Positions 10,647 through 21,512 are shown, counted from the stretch's first letter. The stretch: 64,000 bases of DNA from an uncultured Planctomycetaceae bacterium (GCA_963823075.1 CAWGKE010000001.1:1395868-1459867), one strand, 5' to 3'. Made by a program: numbers and translations. Notes: a model not told the origin generated them from the letters alone.

Positions 10647-12001
10647 CACGGCCCCCCTTCGATTTCGCGGACCTTCCGCTGCGTTTTTGCGGCGCGGTAC
10701 GTGGGGTTGCCGTTCTCCTGGCCGTCCTTCCAGAGGAAGGTCTTGCCGTTCTTGAACCATTGCCGGGTACGGATGTGAGACTTCACATACACGACCCGAC
10801 AAGCCGGGTGTTCGCCCGTGGCGGCCGTCATGCCGGCCTCATAGATCGCATCCAGCTCCTGCGCGACCAGTTGGCCGCACACCTGGCCCAATCGCACGGG
10901 CACGGCGTTGCCCACCTGGGCGTACTGCTCCACGGTCTTGCCGGAGAACTCCCAATCGTCGGGGAATTCCTGCACGCGGGCGCACTCCCGTAAAGTCAGC
11001 GCTCGCGTTTCCGTGGGGTGGCAAAGGGAAGTGCTGGCGTGGTTCGGCATCGTCACGATGGTCGGGCAGGGCAGGTCGAACGTCAAGCGGCGCCACCAGC
11101 CGGATCGGCCCCCTTTCGCGCTGTACGCCTTACCCATCGACTCCTTGGCCACCTCGGCGGGCAACGATCTCCAGTTGCTGCCGGGCGGAATCATCGCCAG
11201 GTATTTCTTCTTCCGTGGGCTGAAATCCATGATAACGGGTTCGGCCTCGACCAGCCCGGCCAAGGCCTCGCCCAGGGTGCGGAAGGGCATGAAGCGCTCC
11301 GGCGGCTCCTCGAACAGAGACCGCTGCACCCCTTCGACGCCTCCCTCCATTCCATGCGTCGGCGCGGGGAATTCAACGAGCCGGTTAAAGCGGTTCCCGA
11401 CGAAGATGGCCCGCTCCCGCAGCTGCGGCGCGCCGTAGTTGACGGCGTTGACCTCGAAGGCGTCGATCCGATAGGCGTACCGGAGGTCAAGCAGGAACGA
11501 CTGTATCACGGAGCCGGGTTGCTCGTCGGGTTCCAGCGGCGGGCCGCCCTTGTCCGGCCGGTCCTTGATGGGGCGGTGCCGCAGGGCCGCCGACATCAAC
11601 CCACGGACGTTCTCCATCACGAACATCTTGGGTCGGAAGTGCTGAACGTAGCGAAGGAACTGCCACAGCAGCGTCCCCCGAGGGTCTTGGACCGTGGCCC
11701 GCTTGCCCGTGGTGCTGAAAGTCTGGCATGGCGGGCCGCCCACGATCAGGTCCAGTTGGCCGGGTTCGAGGCCAACGTCGTCCATGACCCGCTGGGGGTC
11801 CAGACCCCCGATGTCGCCCTCATAGACCTTGAAGTCGCGGTTGCTCACGCGGCCCGCGTCGCGGTTGCCCCGGATCGTCGCGCAGAATGCGGGCGCCTTC
11901 TCCACGCAAGCCAGCAGCTTGAACCTTCCCGTCTTAGCCAGGCCGATGTCGAAACCCATGCCGCCGCTGAACAGGGAAAGCACTGCGTACTGTCTAGTCA
12001 A
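10646..12001 (-). CDS. dcm: DNA (cytosine-5)-methyltransferase
   Basis: Motif I LFSGGMGFD, motif IV GGPPCQTFS, motif VI ENV and motif X QVGNAVPV. 451 aa with a short C-terminal extension. Confidence 0.9.
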   Translation of the reverse strand: MTRQYAVLSLFSGGMGFDIGLAKTGRFKLLACVEKAPAFCATIRGNRDAGRVSNRDFKVYEGDIGGLDPQRVMDDVGLEPGQLDLIVGGPPCQTFSTTGKRATVQDPRGTLLWQFLRYVQHFRPKMFVMENVRGLMSAALRHRPIKDRPDKGGPPLEPDEQPGSVIQSFLLDLRYAYRIDAFEVNAVNYGAPQLRERAIFVGNRFNRLVEFPAPTHGMEGGVEGVQRSLFEEPPERFMPFRTLGEALAGLVEAEPVIMDFSPRKKKYLAMIPPGSNWRSLPAEVAKESMGKAYSAKGGRSGWWRRLTFDLPCPTIVTMPNHASTSLCHPTETRALTLRECARVQEFPDDWEFSGKTVEQYAQVGNAVPVRLGQVCGQLVAQELDAIYEAGMTAATGEHPACRVVYVKSHIRTRQWFKNGKTFLWKDGQENGNPTYRAAKTQRKVREIEGGP

Positions 12002-12452
12002 TGGGAACGCTCCGTCGATGCCTGAGCTTGCCCGTCCGTACCGGGGCCGGCCCCAAAGGGCGACGACACCCGCTCACTGTACCGCCTTCGACCGCGCCGA
12101 CGCGAGGACCGTAGCAGGTTGGCCACGGAAAAAAGCCGTCCGGGATAGGGCCGCGTCGGTGGGGGCGCTTAAAGCGACTATCCGGGCGGATCGTGTTGCT
12201 TCCTCGGACGGCGGGGCCGCCGGCGGAGCCTCGCAGCGTCGTTGATCGGGATCGGGTCGGCGCCGGATGCGTCGGGCGATTCGTTCATCGAGCCGCTCCA
12301 GGTGGGTGTCTCCTCACGGGGCCGCGCTTCACCGCGCGATTATCCGCGCCGGAATGGTGGACCGCAAGAGCCGGGTTCGCCTTGTGTCAGGCAACCGTCT
12401 ATCGCCGCCGAAGGGCTTGGCATCCCCCCGCTCGCCGCGGTACCATCACGGA

Positions 12453-13088
12453 ATGAGCCAGAAACCCGTTCCAGGCGCGAAGAAGGGCCGCGGCGAGGCG
12501 AACCCCTTCCCGTTCGGCCAGGCCGAGGGCCGGCAAGCCGTCCCCGCGGCCCCGCCGCCGTCGCCTCCATTGCGCCCCACTTTTATAGACTATTTCCTGA
12601 TCGTGCTGGGATTCGCTCTGTCCGCCTATCTGGCGCGCATCGCCCCGCTGCCGGTCGAGGCCCGCGACGCCGCCGCCGATCCGCGCCTGCGAACAGCCAT
12701 CTCGTATCTCTCTGACTTCATGCGCCTGCCGGAGGGCGTGCTTCTGTTGGGGCCGTTGTTCCTCGTCGGCCAATGGGCGCGGGGCCGGAAGCAGGGGTTG
12801 ACCTCCCTCGAATGGTTGTGGGTGCTGTCGTGGTTCGGCGTGGCCATCCTCACCGGCCTGACGGCGTGGAGAAACGCCTTCCCCGGCCTGGCGCCGTCCG
12901 TGATCGGCCGCCTGCCGTGGCTGTGGTATCTGATCCTGGTCCCGTCGATGGCCGGCCTGGGCGTGGTGCTGCGGCTGCTGGGGATGTTCAGCCGGCGGCC
13001 GGCGCCGTGGACGCACGCGCTGGGCCTGGCGCTGCTCGTCTGGCCGGTGCTGCCGCTGGCCGGCGTGCTGACCGTGGGGAAGTTTTAG
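12453..13088 (+). CDS. Polytopic membrane protein, hypothetical
   Basis: ATG at 12453 (MSQKPVPG). About five predicted TM helices. No domain assignment. Confidence 0.5.
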   Translation: MSQKPVPGAKKGRGEANPFPFGQAEGRQAVPAAPPPSPPLRPTFIDYFLIVLGFALSAYLARIAPLPVEARDAAADPRLRTAISYLSDFMRLPEGVLLLGPLFLVGQWARGRKQGLTSLEWLWVLSWFGVAILTGLTAWRNAFPGLAPSVIGRLPWLWYLILVPSMAGLGVVLRLLGMFSRRPAPWTHALGLALLVWPVLPLAGVLTVGKF

Positions 13089-13103
13089 GATGGGAAAACG
13101 GAC

Positions 13104-14096
13104 ATGAATCGCGCCGTTCTCGGCCTCGACGTGGGCGGCGCCAACCTCAAGGCGGCCCACACCGACGGCGCCGCCCGCAGCCGGCCCTTCGCCCTGTGGA
13201 AGAACCCCGGCGGATTGGCGGACGCCTTGCGCGGCCTCATCGCCGAGACGCCGACCGCCGACGTGCTGGCCGTCACCATGACCGGCGAGCTGTGCGACTG
13301 CTTCGAGAGCAAACGGCAGGGCGTGCTGGCCATTCTCGACGCCGTGGCGGCAGCGGCGGCCGGCAAGACGATCCGCGTCTGGCGCATCGACGGCCGCTTC
13401 ACCGACCTGGCGGAGGCGCGGGCGGCGCCGCTGAAGGCGGCGGCGGCGAACTGGCTGGCGCTGGCGACGTTCGCGGGGCGGTTCGCGCCGGAGGGGACGG
13501 CGCTGCTGATCGACGTCGGCTCGACCACCACGGACCTCGTGCCGCTGCAAGACGGCCGACCCGTCCCGCAGGCCCGCACCGACCCGGAACGGCTGCGCTG
13601 CGGCGAGCTGGTTTACACCGGCGTTCGCCGCACGCCGCTCTGCGCCATCCTGGGATCGGAGGGGGCGGCGGAGCTGTTCGCCACGACGCTGGACGTGTAC
13701 CTGCATTTGGGTTGGATCGCGGAAGACCCTGCGAACTGCAACACCGCCGACGGGCGCCCCGCCACGAAGGCCGCCGCCGAGGCCCGGTTGGCGCGGATGC
13801 TCTGCGCCGACCTGGAGACGTGTACCGCTGAGGAGAGAAAGAAGCTCGTCAATCGAGTATTGCTTAAGCAGGTCCACACACTTCAATGGGCGGTTGAAGA
13901 GGTCGTCCGTCGCCGGCCGGAACCGCCCCGCATGGTCGTCACAGCCGGCGAGGGAGAGTTTCTGACGTGGCCCTTGCTGAAACAGCAGGAGGCGATCCCA
14001 CCCTGCGACGTGGTGCGTCTCGGCAACAACCTCAGCCCCGAAGTGTCCCGAGCGGCCTGCGCCTATGCCGTGGCCGTCCTTGCGGCGGAGGAGTGA
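13104..14096 (+). CDS. H4MPT-linked C1-transfer pathway protein (hydantoinase/oxoprolinase-like ATPase fold)
   Basis: N-terminal LGLDVGGANLKAA ASKHA-type motif. This family is typical of methylotroph and planctomycete H4MPT clusters. Confidence 0.6.
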   Translation: MNRAVLGLDVGGANLKAAHTDGAARSRPFALWKNPGGLADALRGLIAETPTADVLAVTMTGELCDCFESKRQGVLAILDAVAAAAAGKTIRVWRIDGRFTDLAEARAAPLKAAAANWLALATFAGRFAPEGTALLIDVGSTTTDLVPLQDGRPVPQARTDPERLRCGELVYTGVRRTPLCAILGSEGAAELFATTLDVYLHLGWIAEDPANCNTADGRPATKAAAEARLARMLCADLETCTAEERKKLVNRVLLKQVHTLQWAVEEVVRRRPEPPRMVVTAGEGEFLTWPLLKQQEAIPPCDVVRLGNNLSPEVSRAACAYAVAVLAAEE

Positions 14097-14105
14097 AACG
14101 CGCCC

Positions 14106-14960
14106 CTACCAGTCCAACCCCAGGACTTCGCCGCCCGCCGGCGTCACCGCCGACCAGTAGGTGGTCATCGACATGCTTGGCGAAAGCGTGCGGACACTGC
14201 CGTCGCCCAAGCTGACCAACATCCCGCTCCAGTGCGGCGTCTGGGCGATTGTGCGGTCACAATCGGCCGGACGGGGCGCGGTTTGGAATGTCCCAAACAC
14301 CCCCGTCGTCGTGGGCGGGTTCCCGCTGATGATTGGGTACTCGTCGCCGCAGTTAGCGGATTGATCGACGTTCGGCCCCCCGTCGGCGAAGGTCGCCCGG
14401 TGGACGCTCGGTATGTGGGCGACGAATTCACCGTAATAGAAATGACCTTGCGTCAAGTAACCTTTCGAGTTGCACTCCGCATAGTGCTCGCCGAAAGCGA
14501 TCGTATTAGAAGCGCCGTCGAGGTAAACGCCGGGAAGTCGGGGGCTGCCGATGAACACCTGGGCGTTCGCCGCGTAGCTGGCCTCTAACGGATCTTGGCC
14601 GGAGAACGTAAAGTCCGCCGGACTAACATAGGTTTTTACCTTTACAGCAGGCGTGGACGGATCAGCGGCGTATGCAGCATAAAGCGCGCTCTGATCGACA
14701 TAAGGGAGCAGGGCGACGAACAGGGACTGGCCCACGTTGGCGGTGCCTGGCTTACCGTCGATGCTGGGGATTCGGTCGTCGTTGGCGTCCGCGAAGTTCT
14801 GCACGGCCAGGCCGATCTGCCGCAAGTTGTTCATGCTTTCCAGGCGCAGGGCCGCTTCACGCACCTTCTGGACGGCGGGGAGCAGCAAGCCGATGAGGAT
14901 GGCGATGATCGCGATCACCACCAGCATTTCGAGCAGCGTCAGGCCAGACCGACGCTCCAT
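14106..14960 (-). CDS. DUF1559 protein with a prepilin-type N-terminal cleavage/methylation domain
   Basis: N-terminus [33 protein letters not shown], then the DUF1559 body. The family is massively expanded in Planctomycetes. Confidence 0.8.
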   Translation of the reverse strand: MERRSGLTLLEMLVVIAIIAILIGLLLPAVQKVREAALRLESMNNLRQIGLAVQNFADANDDRIPSIDGKPGTANVGQSLFVALLPYVDQSALYAAYAADPSTPAVKVKTYVSPADFTFSGQDPLEASYAANAQVFIGSPRLPGVYLDGASNTIAFGEHYAECNSKGYLTQGHFYYGEFVAHIPSVHRATFADGGPNVDQSANCGDEYPIISGNPPTTTGVFGTFQTAPRPADCDRTIAQTPHWSGMLVSLGDGSVRTLSPSMSMTTYWSAVTPAGGEVLGLDW

Positions 14961-15098
14961 TTGTCGTCTTTTCATCCTTGTGCTCCCTTGAAGGAGGTTG
15001 CCGCGCGGGGCGACGCCTTTAATCTCCGGGGTCTGGGAATCGGTTGCTGAGAACGGCCCCTCCCCGGGGGGAGGGGCGAAAGACTCCCCGGCAGGTCG

Positions 15099-15476
15099 TC
15101 ACTTGACCGGCACGAGGACCGGAACCGTAGTGGTCATACTGTATATTCTCTGGATGCCTGTGCCCTTCACCTCTGTCAGAGTACTGTAGACATAATACGA
15201 TCCGGTCGGAAGCCCGACGATTAGGCCCGAAAAAGCAGGAGCGTTGACGGTGCATGGGTCGGTGTCGCTGGCCCCCCCATTCGCGTTGACGGCGGTGATC
15301 GTCAGGCTGTACAACGTCCAGCCGGGATCCACCATGAATGTTCCCGTGCCTGAAACCTGCCCCGCGGCGGGCGACGTCGGCTGCCCCTTGTCCCAGGTGA
15401 CGTTGCTTGCCCGTCCCTCAAGAGGAAGCAGGCCGGCCAGGGCGACGGCGACGACGACTGCGCTGATCTTCTTCAT
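15099..15476 (-). CDS. Small secreted protein, hypothetical
   Basis: ATG at 15476. Signal peptide MKKISAVVVAVALAGLLPLEGRA. 125 aa. The annotated upstream extension is off-frame noise. Confidence 0.5.
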   Translation of the reverse strand: MKKISAVVVAVALAGLLPLEGRASNVTWDKGQPTSPAAGQVSGTGTFMVDPGWTLYSLTITAVNANGGASDTDPCTVNAPAFSGLIVGLPTGSYYVYSTLTEVKGTGIQRIYSMTTTVPVLVPVK

Positions 15477-15755
15477 GGTGCATTCCTTCTGCGGCACCCT
15501 ACCGGCGGACGGCGGCGCGAGTCCAGAGCGCCCAAGCCCTTTGGCAAGAACGAAACAACGGTTTCTTCTTGGAATGCGAGCGGGCAGAGCGTCCGGCCCC
15601 TCTCGAACGGACTCCTTCCTTCCGCGCTTGTGCGCCGCGGCCCGGTAAGATGAGGTGAGGGGGGGTCTACCAGAACAGGGGGGGGGCGCGTCAAGAGACA
15701 TTTGCGGATTTTGATAGAAAAACATCTTCATATTTCCCAGTACTGAGGCAAGGCC

Positions 15756-16367
15756 TTGTCCATTCAGACTTTGGAACTCGCCGTCGTCAAGGTCGGCGGC
15801 AGCCTCTACGATCTGCCCGACCTCGGCCCGCGTCTGCAAGCCTGGCTGCCCCATGTCGGGCCAAACGTCTTGCTTGTTCCGGGCGGCGGCCCGACCGCCG
15901 ACGTGGTGCGCGATTTCGACCGCATCCACCGGCTCGGCGAGGAACGGGCGCACTGGCTGGCCCTCGGCGCCTTGCAGCTCAACGCCCACTTCCTGACGTG
16001 GCTGCTGCCGTCGGCGGCGGTCATCGACCATCCCGAACAGGCGGCCGGCGGCGTCGCCATCCTCAACGCCTTTTCGTTCCTCAGCCGCGAAAAGGCCGCC
16101 TGCCGCAAAGGGCGGCTGCCGCACTGCTGGGCCGTCACCAGCGACGCCATCGCCGCCCGCGCCGCCGTCGTCGCGGGGGCGGCGGAACTCATCCTGCTCA
16201 AGTCCGTCGCCATTCCCGAGGGCATGAGTTGGGAAGAGGCGGCCCGAAGCGGCTTCGTCGATGAGTGGTTCGCGCCGACGCTGCGCGAGGCCACGTCGTC
16301 GTTGCGGGTGCGGGCCGTCAACTTCCGCGAGTGGCAAAAGATACGCCCGTCGGAGCCGCGACCGTAA
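15756..16367 (+). CDS. Amino-acid kinase family protein (Asp/Glu/uridylate kinase fold), probably H4MPT-associated
   Basis: VVKVGGSL glycine-rich kinase motif. TTG start is uncertain. Ends ...SEPRP inside a palindrome. Confidence 0.55.
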   Translation: MSIQTLELAVVKVGGSLYDLPDLGPRLQAWLPHVGPNVLLVPGGGPTADVVRDFDRIHRLGEERAHWLALGALQLNAHFLTWLLPSAAVIDHPEQAAGGVAILNAFSFLSREKAACRKGRLPHCWAVTSDAIAARAAVVAGAAELILLKSVAIPEGMSWEEAARSGFVDEWFAPTLREATSSLRVRAVNFREWQKIRPSEPRP

Positions 16368-16415
16368 GGGAGCGGTTTTCGCTGACACCGCTCCCTTACG
16401 GTCGCGGCTCCGACG
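16348..16415. terminator. 29-bp perfect inverted repeat that holds the stop codons of both convergent genes
   Basis: CGTCGGAGCCGCGACCGTAAGGGAGCGGT / ACCGCTCCCTTACGGTCGCGGCTCCGACG. Because of it, both converging proteins end in the peptide SEPRP. Confidence 0.8.
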
Positions 16416-17136
16416 TGGCCTCGACCAGGCCGCGCACCTTCTCCGCATCCACGGCGGCGGTCCGCAGCAACCCCTGGCAGGCGGCGCCGCGCACCGCGAA
16501 CCAGTCGGGGTCCGTCGGCCTCAGCGTGCGGATCAGACTGCGGCTCAGCGATCCCGCCAGAGCGATCCGCACGCCAGCGTCGCGGCAGGCCCGGCACAGG
16601 CGGTCGATCTCGACGCGGCTCATCCAGTCCAGCAGCGTCAGGCCGTCCTTGCCCCAGGTGTCGAGCAGGAGGCCCCAGCCCGGCCGGCGGCTTACAAACG
16701 TACACACCTCGTCCGGCGTGGGCGCCCGCGCTCGCCGCCAGTCGGCGTAGGCGACGACGGCCACTTTGCAGAGGGGATTCGCCTTCCATACGGCCTCGGC
16801 CAGCGCCTCCAGCTGCGCCGGCCACGACGGCGATTCTTCCCCCGCGCTGCCGGCCAGGCCGCACTTGACGAAGGAGAGCGACCCGAGGCCGGCGGGCAGC
16901 GTCCTTACGGTTGCGGCACGGTCTGGAGACCGTGCCGCAACCTGGCGCAGCTCGCCCAGCGCGGCGCTGACCGGCGCCCGTCCGGCGACCGCCCGCACCA
17001 CGTCGGCGATCGCGGCGTCGTCGGCCCGGCCGAGCGCGCCGCGGGCCGGCTCCTTCACGTCGATCAGGGCCGCGCCGCCGGCCAGGGCCGCCTCCGCCTC
17101 CGCCGCTGAACGCACGCTCACTAACAGTGCCGTCAT
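16396..17136 (-). CDS. DUF556 / MfnB-like (5-formylfuran-3-yl)methyl phosphate synthase homolog (H4MPT biosynthesis)
   Basis: N-terminus MTALLVSVRSAAEAEAALAGGAALIDVKEP matches the MfnB/DUF556 aldolase-type TIM-barrel start. Confidence 0.65.
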   Translation of the reverse strand: MTALLVSVRSAAEAEAALAGGAALIDVKEPARGALGRADDAAIADVVRAVAGRAPVSAALGELRQVAARSPDRAATVRTLPAGLGSLSFVKCGLAGSAGEESPSWPAQLEALAEAVWKANPLCKVAVVAYADWRRARAPTPDEVCTFVSRRPGWGLLLDTWGKDGLTLLDWMSRVEIDRLCRACRDAGVRIALAGSLSRSLIRTLRPTDPDWFAVRGAACQGLLRTAAVDAEKVRGLVEATSEPRP

Positions 17137-17549
17137 GCCTGCTTCTCCGGCGCGTCATCGACGGTGAAGAAGCGGACGTTGCCGGGGTAGGGACGGAACG
17201 GCAGCGGCCGGGCGTTGGCGAAGACGAATCCGTACAGCCGCGGCAGCTGGAACCACGACGGGTCGTTGAGGTGCTTGGCACGGTCGGCGACGAACAGCTG
17301 CGGCGAGCGGTAGGCGACCACGCCGGTCAGGTCGGCGGCGCCGATCACGCCGCCGGCCAGCTGCGCCGCCGCGCGCAATTCCGGCGGCACCTGCGCCCAC
17401 GCTTCCGGCCGCGGGTCCGGAACGCGAGCGGCGTGGATCAGCACGGGGCCGCGGCGTTTCGTGGCCCAGCGGCGCACCTCGATCGTCTTGCGGCCATGCA
17501 CCAGCAGGGCCGCCCACGGCTGTTTCAGCGACAGAGCGTAATGCGTCAT
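17133..17549 (-). CDS. ASCH domain protein
   Basis: 138 aa. The LKQPWAALLVHGRKTIEVR beta-barrel start is typical of ASCH/PUA-like proteins. Confidence 0.65.
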   Translation of the reverse strand: MTHYALSLKQPWAALLVHGRKTIEVRRWATKRRGPVLIHAARVPDPRPEAWAQVPPELRAAAQLAGGVIGAADLTGVVAYRSPQLFVADRAKHLNDPSWFQLPRLYGFVFANARPLPFRPYPGNVRFFTVDDAPEKQA

Positions 17550-17562
17550 CGCTCAGGAGTCG

Positions 17563-17670
17563 GCAGGGTCAGGGGTCGGGAGGTCAGAGGACCGCATTGC
17601 ATTGTATGCCGGCTGCGTTCGGGCGGCGCCGCTGACCCCTGACCCCTGACTCCTGACCCCTGACTCCTGA
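17563..17670. repeat. Imperfect hairpin with heptamer-repeat stems, (CAGGAGT/CAGGGGT)n versus (TGACCCC/TGACTCC)n
   Basis: Lies directly upstream of the kinase gene. It shares the same repeat unit as the hairpin at 21413-21512. Confidence 0.8.
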
Positions 17671-17805
17671 TTCCCATTTGCGGCCCGCCGCGCCGCAAGC
17701 TATGGTTTGGTGCATAATGTCGGGAGGCCGGCGCACTCCCCCGGTCCAACGTCCGTCCCGTCCCGAGGACGGACGACCCGCGCCCGCGCCCCGCGAGACG
17801 TACTC

Positions 17806-20800
17806 ATGGCGGTCCGGATCGAAAGCCAGGCCGAGCCAATCCCAGGCTATAAGCTCATCGAGCGCCTGGGCGGCGGCGGCTTTGGCGAAGTCTGGAAATG
17901 CGAGGCGCCCGGCGGGCTGCACAAAGCCATCAAGTTCGTCTTCGGCGATCTGTCCGCCGCGGTCTCCGACTCCGTCACCGACCACGGCGACGACGGCCAC
18001 CGCGCCAAGCAGGAACTCAAGGCCCTCAGCCGCGTCAAGACGGTCCGCCATCCCTTCATCCTCTCGCTCGAACGCTACGACATCATCGACGGCCAGCTCA
18101 TCATCGTCATGGAGCTGGCCGACCGCAACCTCTGGGACCGCTTCAAGGAGTGCCGCGCCCGCGGCCTGCCCGGCATCCCGCGCGACGAGCTGCTCGGCTA
18201 CATGGAAGAGGCGGCCGAGGCGCTGGACCTGATGAACAACACGTACCAGCTGCAGCACCTCGACATCAAACCGCAGAACCTCTTCCTCGTCTACCAGCAC
18301 GTCAAGGTGGCCGACTTCGGCCTGGTCAAGGACCTCGAAGGCGTCCAGGCGTCCGTCACCGGCGGCGTCACGCCGGTCTACGCCGCCCCCGAAACCTTCG
18401 ACGGCTGGGTCAGCCGCTTCAGCGATCAATATAGTCTGGCCATCGTCTATCAGGAGCTGCTCACCGGCCGCCGGCCGTTCAACGGCGCCAACGTCCGCCA
18501 GCTGATCGTGCAGCACCTCCAGGCCGCGCCCGACGTCACGCCGCTGCCGCCGGCCGACCAGCCGGCCATCGCCCGGCGCTGGCCAAGAACCCGGACGAGC
18601 GCCACCCGACCTGCCAGGAAATGGTCCAGCTGCTGCGCCGGGCCGGCCGGCCTTCCGACGATGCGCAAGGCCCCTCCGAGCGCTTGCGCGAACCGGCTCG
18701 CCCGGCCGCGCCACTTCCGCCGCTCGACCCGATCCAGACGCTCGAGCGCGACGTTGGGCCGCCCAGCACGTTCCAGGAGGCCGCCACCGCCAGCATCCGT
18801 CGCGGGCCGGCCGACTCCCACCCCGGCCTGACGCTCTCCATCCGCGCCCTCGAAGGGGCCGTCCTCCAGGAGTCCGTCGCCTCGATCCGCAAGGCCCCGA
18901 CGGAGGTGCGCGGCGACGGCGCCCTGTTCCCCGCGCTGATCGTCGGCGTCGGCGCCGTGGGCATGACCGTTTTGCAGCGGCTGCGCGAGAGCCTGCATCG
19001 CCGCTTCGGCTCCGTGTCCCAGGCGCCGCACCTCCGCCTGCTGCTGCTCGACACCGACCCCGAGGTGGTGCGCTCGGCGACGGCCGGCCGGCCGGGCGCC
19101 GCCCTGGCCGGCGGCGACGTGCTGCTGACGCCGCTCAACCGGCCCAGCTACTACCTCCGGCCGCGCGACGGCCGGCCCAAGCTCGACGGCTGGCTCAACC
19201 CGCGGATGCTCTACCGCATCCCGCGCTCGCAGGTGACGACCGGCGTGCGGGCCCTGGGCCGCCTCGCCTTCTGCGACAACTACCGCGCCATCGTCCGCCG
19301 CCTCCAGACGGAGTTGGACGCCTGCCTGGAACCGAACGCCCTGCCGGGCGCCGCCCGCCAGTCGGGCCTCGGCCTCCGCACCAATCGGCCGCGCGTCTAC
19401 GTCGTCGCCAACCTGGCGGGCGGCACCGGCGGCGGCGTCTTCCTCGACCTGGCCTACACGCTCCGCGCCATGCTCCGCCAGATGGGCTACGCCCAGCCCG
19501 ACGTGGTCGGCCTCTTGCTGCTGCCGCCCGTGGACCGCCACCGCACTCGCGTCCTGCCGCTCGGCAACGCCTGCGCCGCCCTCACCGAATTGATCCATTA
19601 TTCCTCGCCCAAATCCGTCTTCACGGCCCGCTACCACGAGCGCGAGGCGCCGGTGCAGGACCCCGACCCGCCGTTCAGCCGCTGCTTCTTGCTGCAGATG
19701 CCGGACGAGGCCGACGAGACGGCGACGCGCGAGCTGGTCGATTCGGCCGGTCAGTTCCTCCACCGCGACCTCTGCTCGCCCCTGGGCCAGGCGGCCGACC
19801 TGGGCCGGGCCGGCCTGTCGGGGCCGCCGTGGGACCAGCGCGGCATGTTCTACCAGACGTTCGGCCTGTATCACCTGGCCTGGCCGCGGCACGCGCTGCT
19901 GCGCGAGGCCGGCCGCCGCCTCTGCCAGCGTCTCTTGCAGCGCTGGATAAGCAAGGACAGCAAGCCGCTGCGCGAGGCGGTGCAGGTTTGGGTCCAGGAA
20001 CAGTGGGCGCACCACGAGATGGGCGCCGACGCGATGATCGGCCGGCTGCGCGACGCTTGCCAGGACTTCCTGCGCCAGGCCCCCGAGGACGCCTTCGCCG
20101 CGATCGTCGAGCCGCTGGCCCGCTATCATGCGGCGGCCGGACGGGCCGGATCGCGTCCGCGCCCGGACGCGCCCCTCCCTCCCAACCCTCCCCCCGCGGG
20201 TGGGGGAGGGCAGGGTGGAGGGGCCCCCGACGCGGCGGCGGTGCTGGCGGAGCTGGAGGAGATGTTCGGCAGCCCGCGCGAGGAGGGCATGGGCGAGAAC
20301 GCCGGCGCCCTGGTGCGCCGGCTGCGCGAGGCGTCCGAGGAGGCGGTCGCCGATTGGGGGCAAAAGCTCGCGGAAATATCCGTTCATCTGATCGAGGAGC
20401 CGGAGTACCGGCTGGCCGGCGCCGAGGAGGCGGTGCGTCAGGTGGTGGCGACGATCGAGCAGATCCTGCAACGGCACGAGCCGCTGGGCGCGAGCTGGCG
20501 GCGAAGGCCGCGGAGGGGCACGCCCGGTTGCAGGCGGCGCTCGCGCCGGCGAAGCCCGGCGCCCGGCGCCCGGTCCTGCCGCCCGCCGAGGTCGCGGAAC
20601 TGCTGCGCGCCTACCCGAAATGGCGTTTCCAGAGCCTGGTAATGCAGCAGGCGTCGGCCGCGTTTTTGAGCCTGCGCGGCCACCTGTCCGACGAGCTGCG
20701 GGAAATCAACTTCTGCCGCGTGCGCCTGGCCGAGCTGCAACGGCTGCTGGAGGCGCCGTCCGACGCGGCCGAGACGGAAGCCCGGGCCGGCCGGCTCGTG

Positions 20801-21409
20801 CTGCCGGCGGGGTGCAAGGACATGGCGCAGGCCGTGGACGGCTTCCTGGCCGGCGTGACGCCGGAGGCGCTCTTGGAGCTGGACGTGCGGACGCAGACCG
20901 TCATCCGCGGGCAGTTCGTCGCGCTGGTCCACGTCTGCCTGGCCAGCGCCAACCTGCTGAAGAACGTCGAGACGGCGATGGTGGAGACGGCCCAGGCGTT
21001 CGCCGGCGAGCTGTTGGGCGAGACCAACGCGGCGGAGCTGTTCCTGCAACAGCACCCCGACCAGGAGGAGGCCATGGACGAGGCGGCGTCCTTCTTCAAC
21101 GAGGCCCATCCCGAGCTGGCGCCCGCCAAGGCCGCCCCCGCGTCCGAGATCTGCGTCCTGGCCGCGCCGCCGGGGCCGGCCGGCGACCGCTTCCGCGAGC
21201 TGACGCGAACCGCCCTGCCCGACGTCGAGTTCGCGCCGGCCGCCAGCGAGGACGACATCCTGTTTTACCGCGAGGTTTCCCATCTGCCGCTGGCCGAGCT
21301 GGAACAGCTCGGCCCGGCCGGCCTCGACGCCTACCGCCAGATGAGCGCCGCCGAGGACTTCACGCCGCACACTCGCATCGACGTGGACTTCGGCGCCCCT
21401 TCCCGCTGA
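17806..21409 (+). CDS. Ser/Thr protein kinase fused to a large C-terminal region that includes a tubulin/FtsZ-like GTPase domain. At least two frameshifts, near 18575 and 20480
   Basis: Kinase motifs GGGGFGEVWK, AIK, HLDIKPQNLF and ADFGL. The APE/ALAKNPDERHPT end of the kinase continues in the next frame after a missing G in CCCGGG near 18575. Downstream motifs are FtsZ-like: LIVGVGAVGMTVLQRL (T1-like) and VVANLAGGTGGGVFLDLAY (matching the tubulin signature [SAG]GGTG[SA]G). There is a third frame switch near 20480. Confidence 0.65.
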
Positions 21410-21412
21410 ATT

Positions 21413-21512
21413 CAGGAGTCAGGAGTCAGGAGCGGCAGCCGTGGCGTCCAAGGCGTCCGACGGCAGCTGACCCTATACAATTCCCTACTGACTCCTGACT
21501 CCTGACTCCTGA
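21413..21512. repeat. Hairpin whose stems are tandem heptamers, (CAGGAGT)3 and (TGACTCC)3
   Basis: Left arm 21413-21441 and right arm 21489-21512. It sits between the kinase stop and the M16 peptidase start. Confidence 0.85.
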
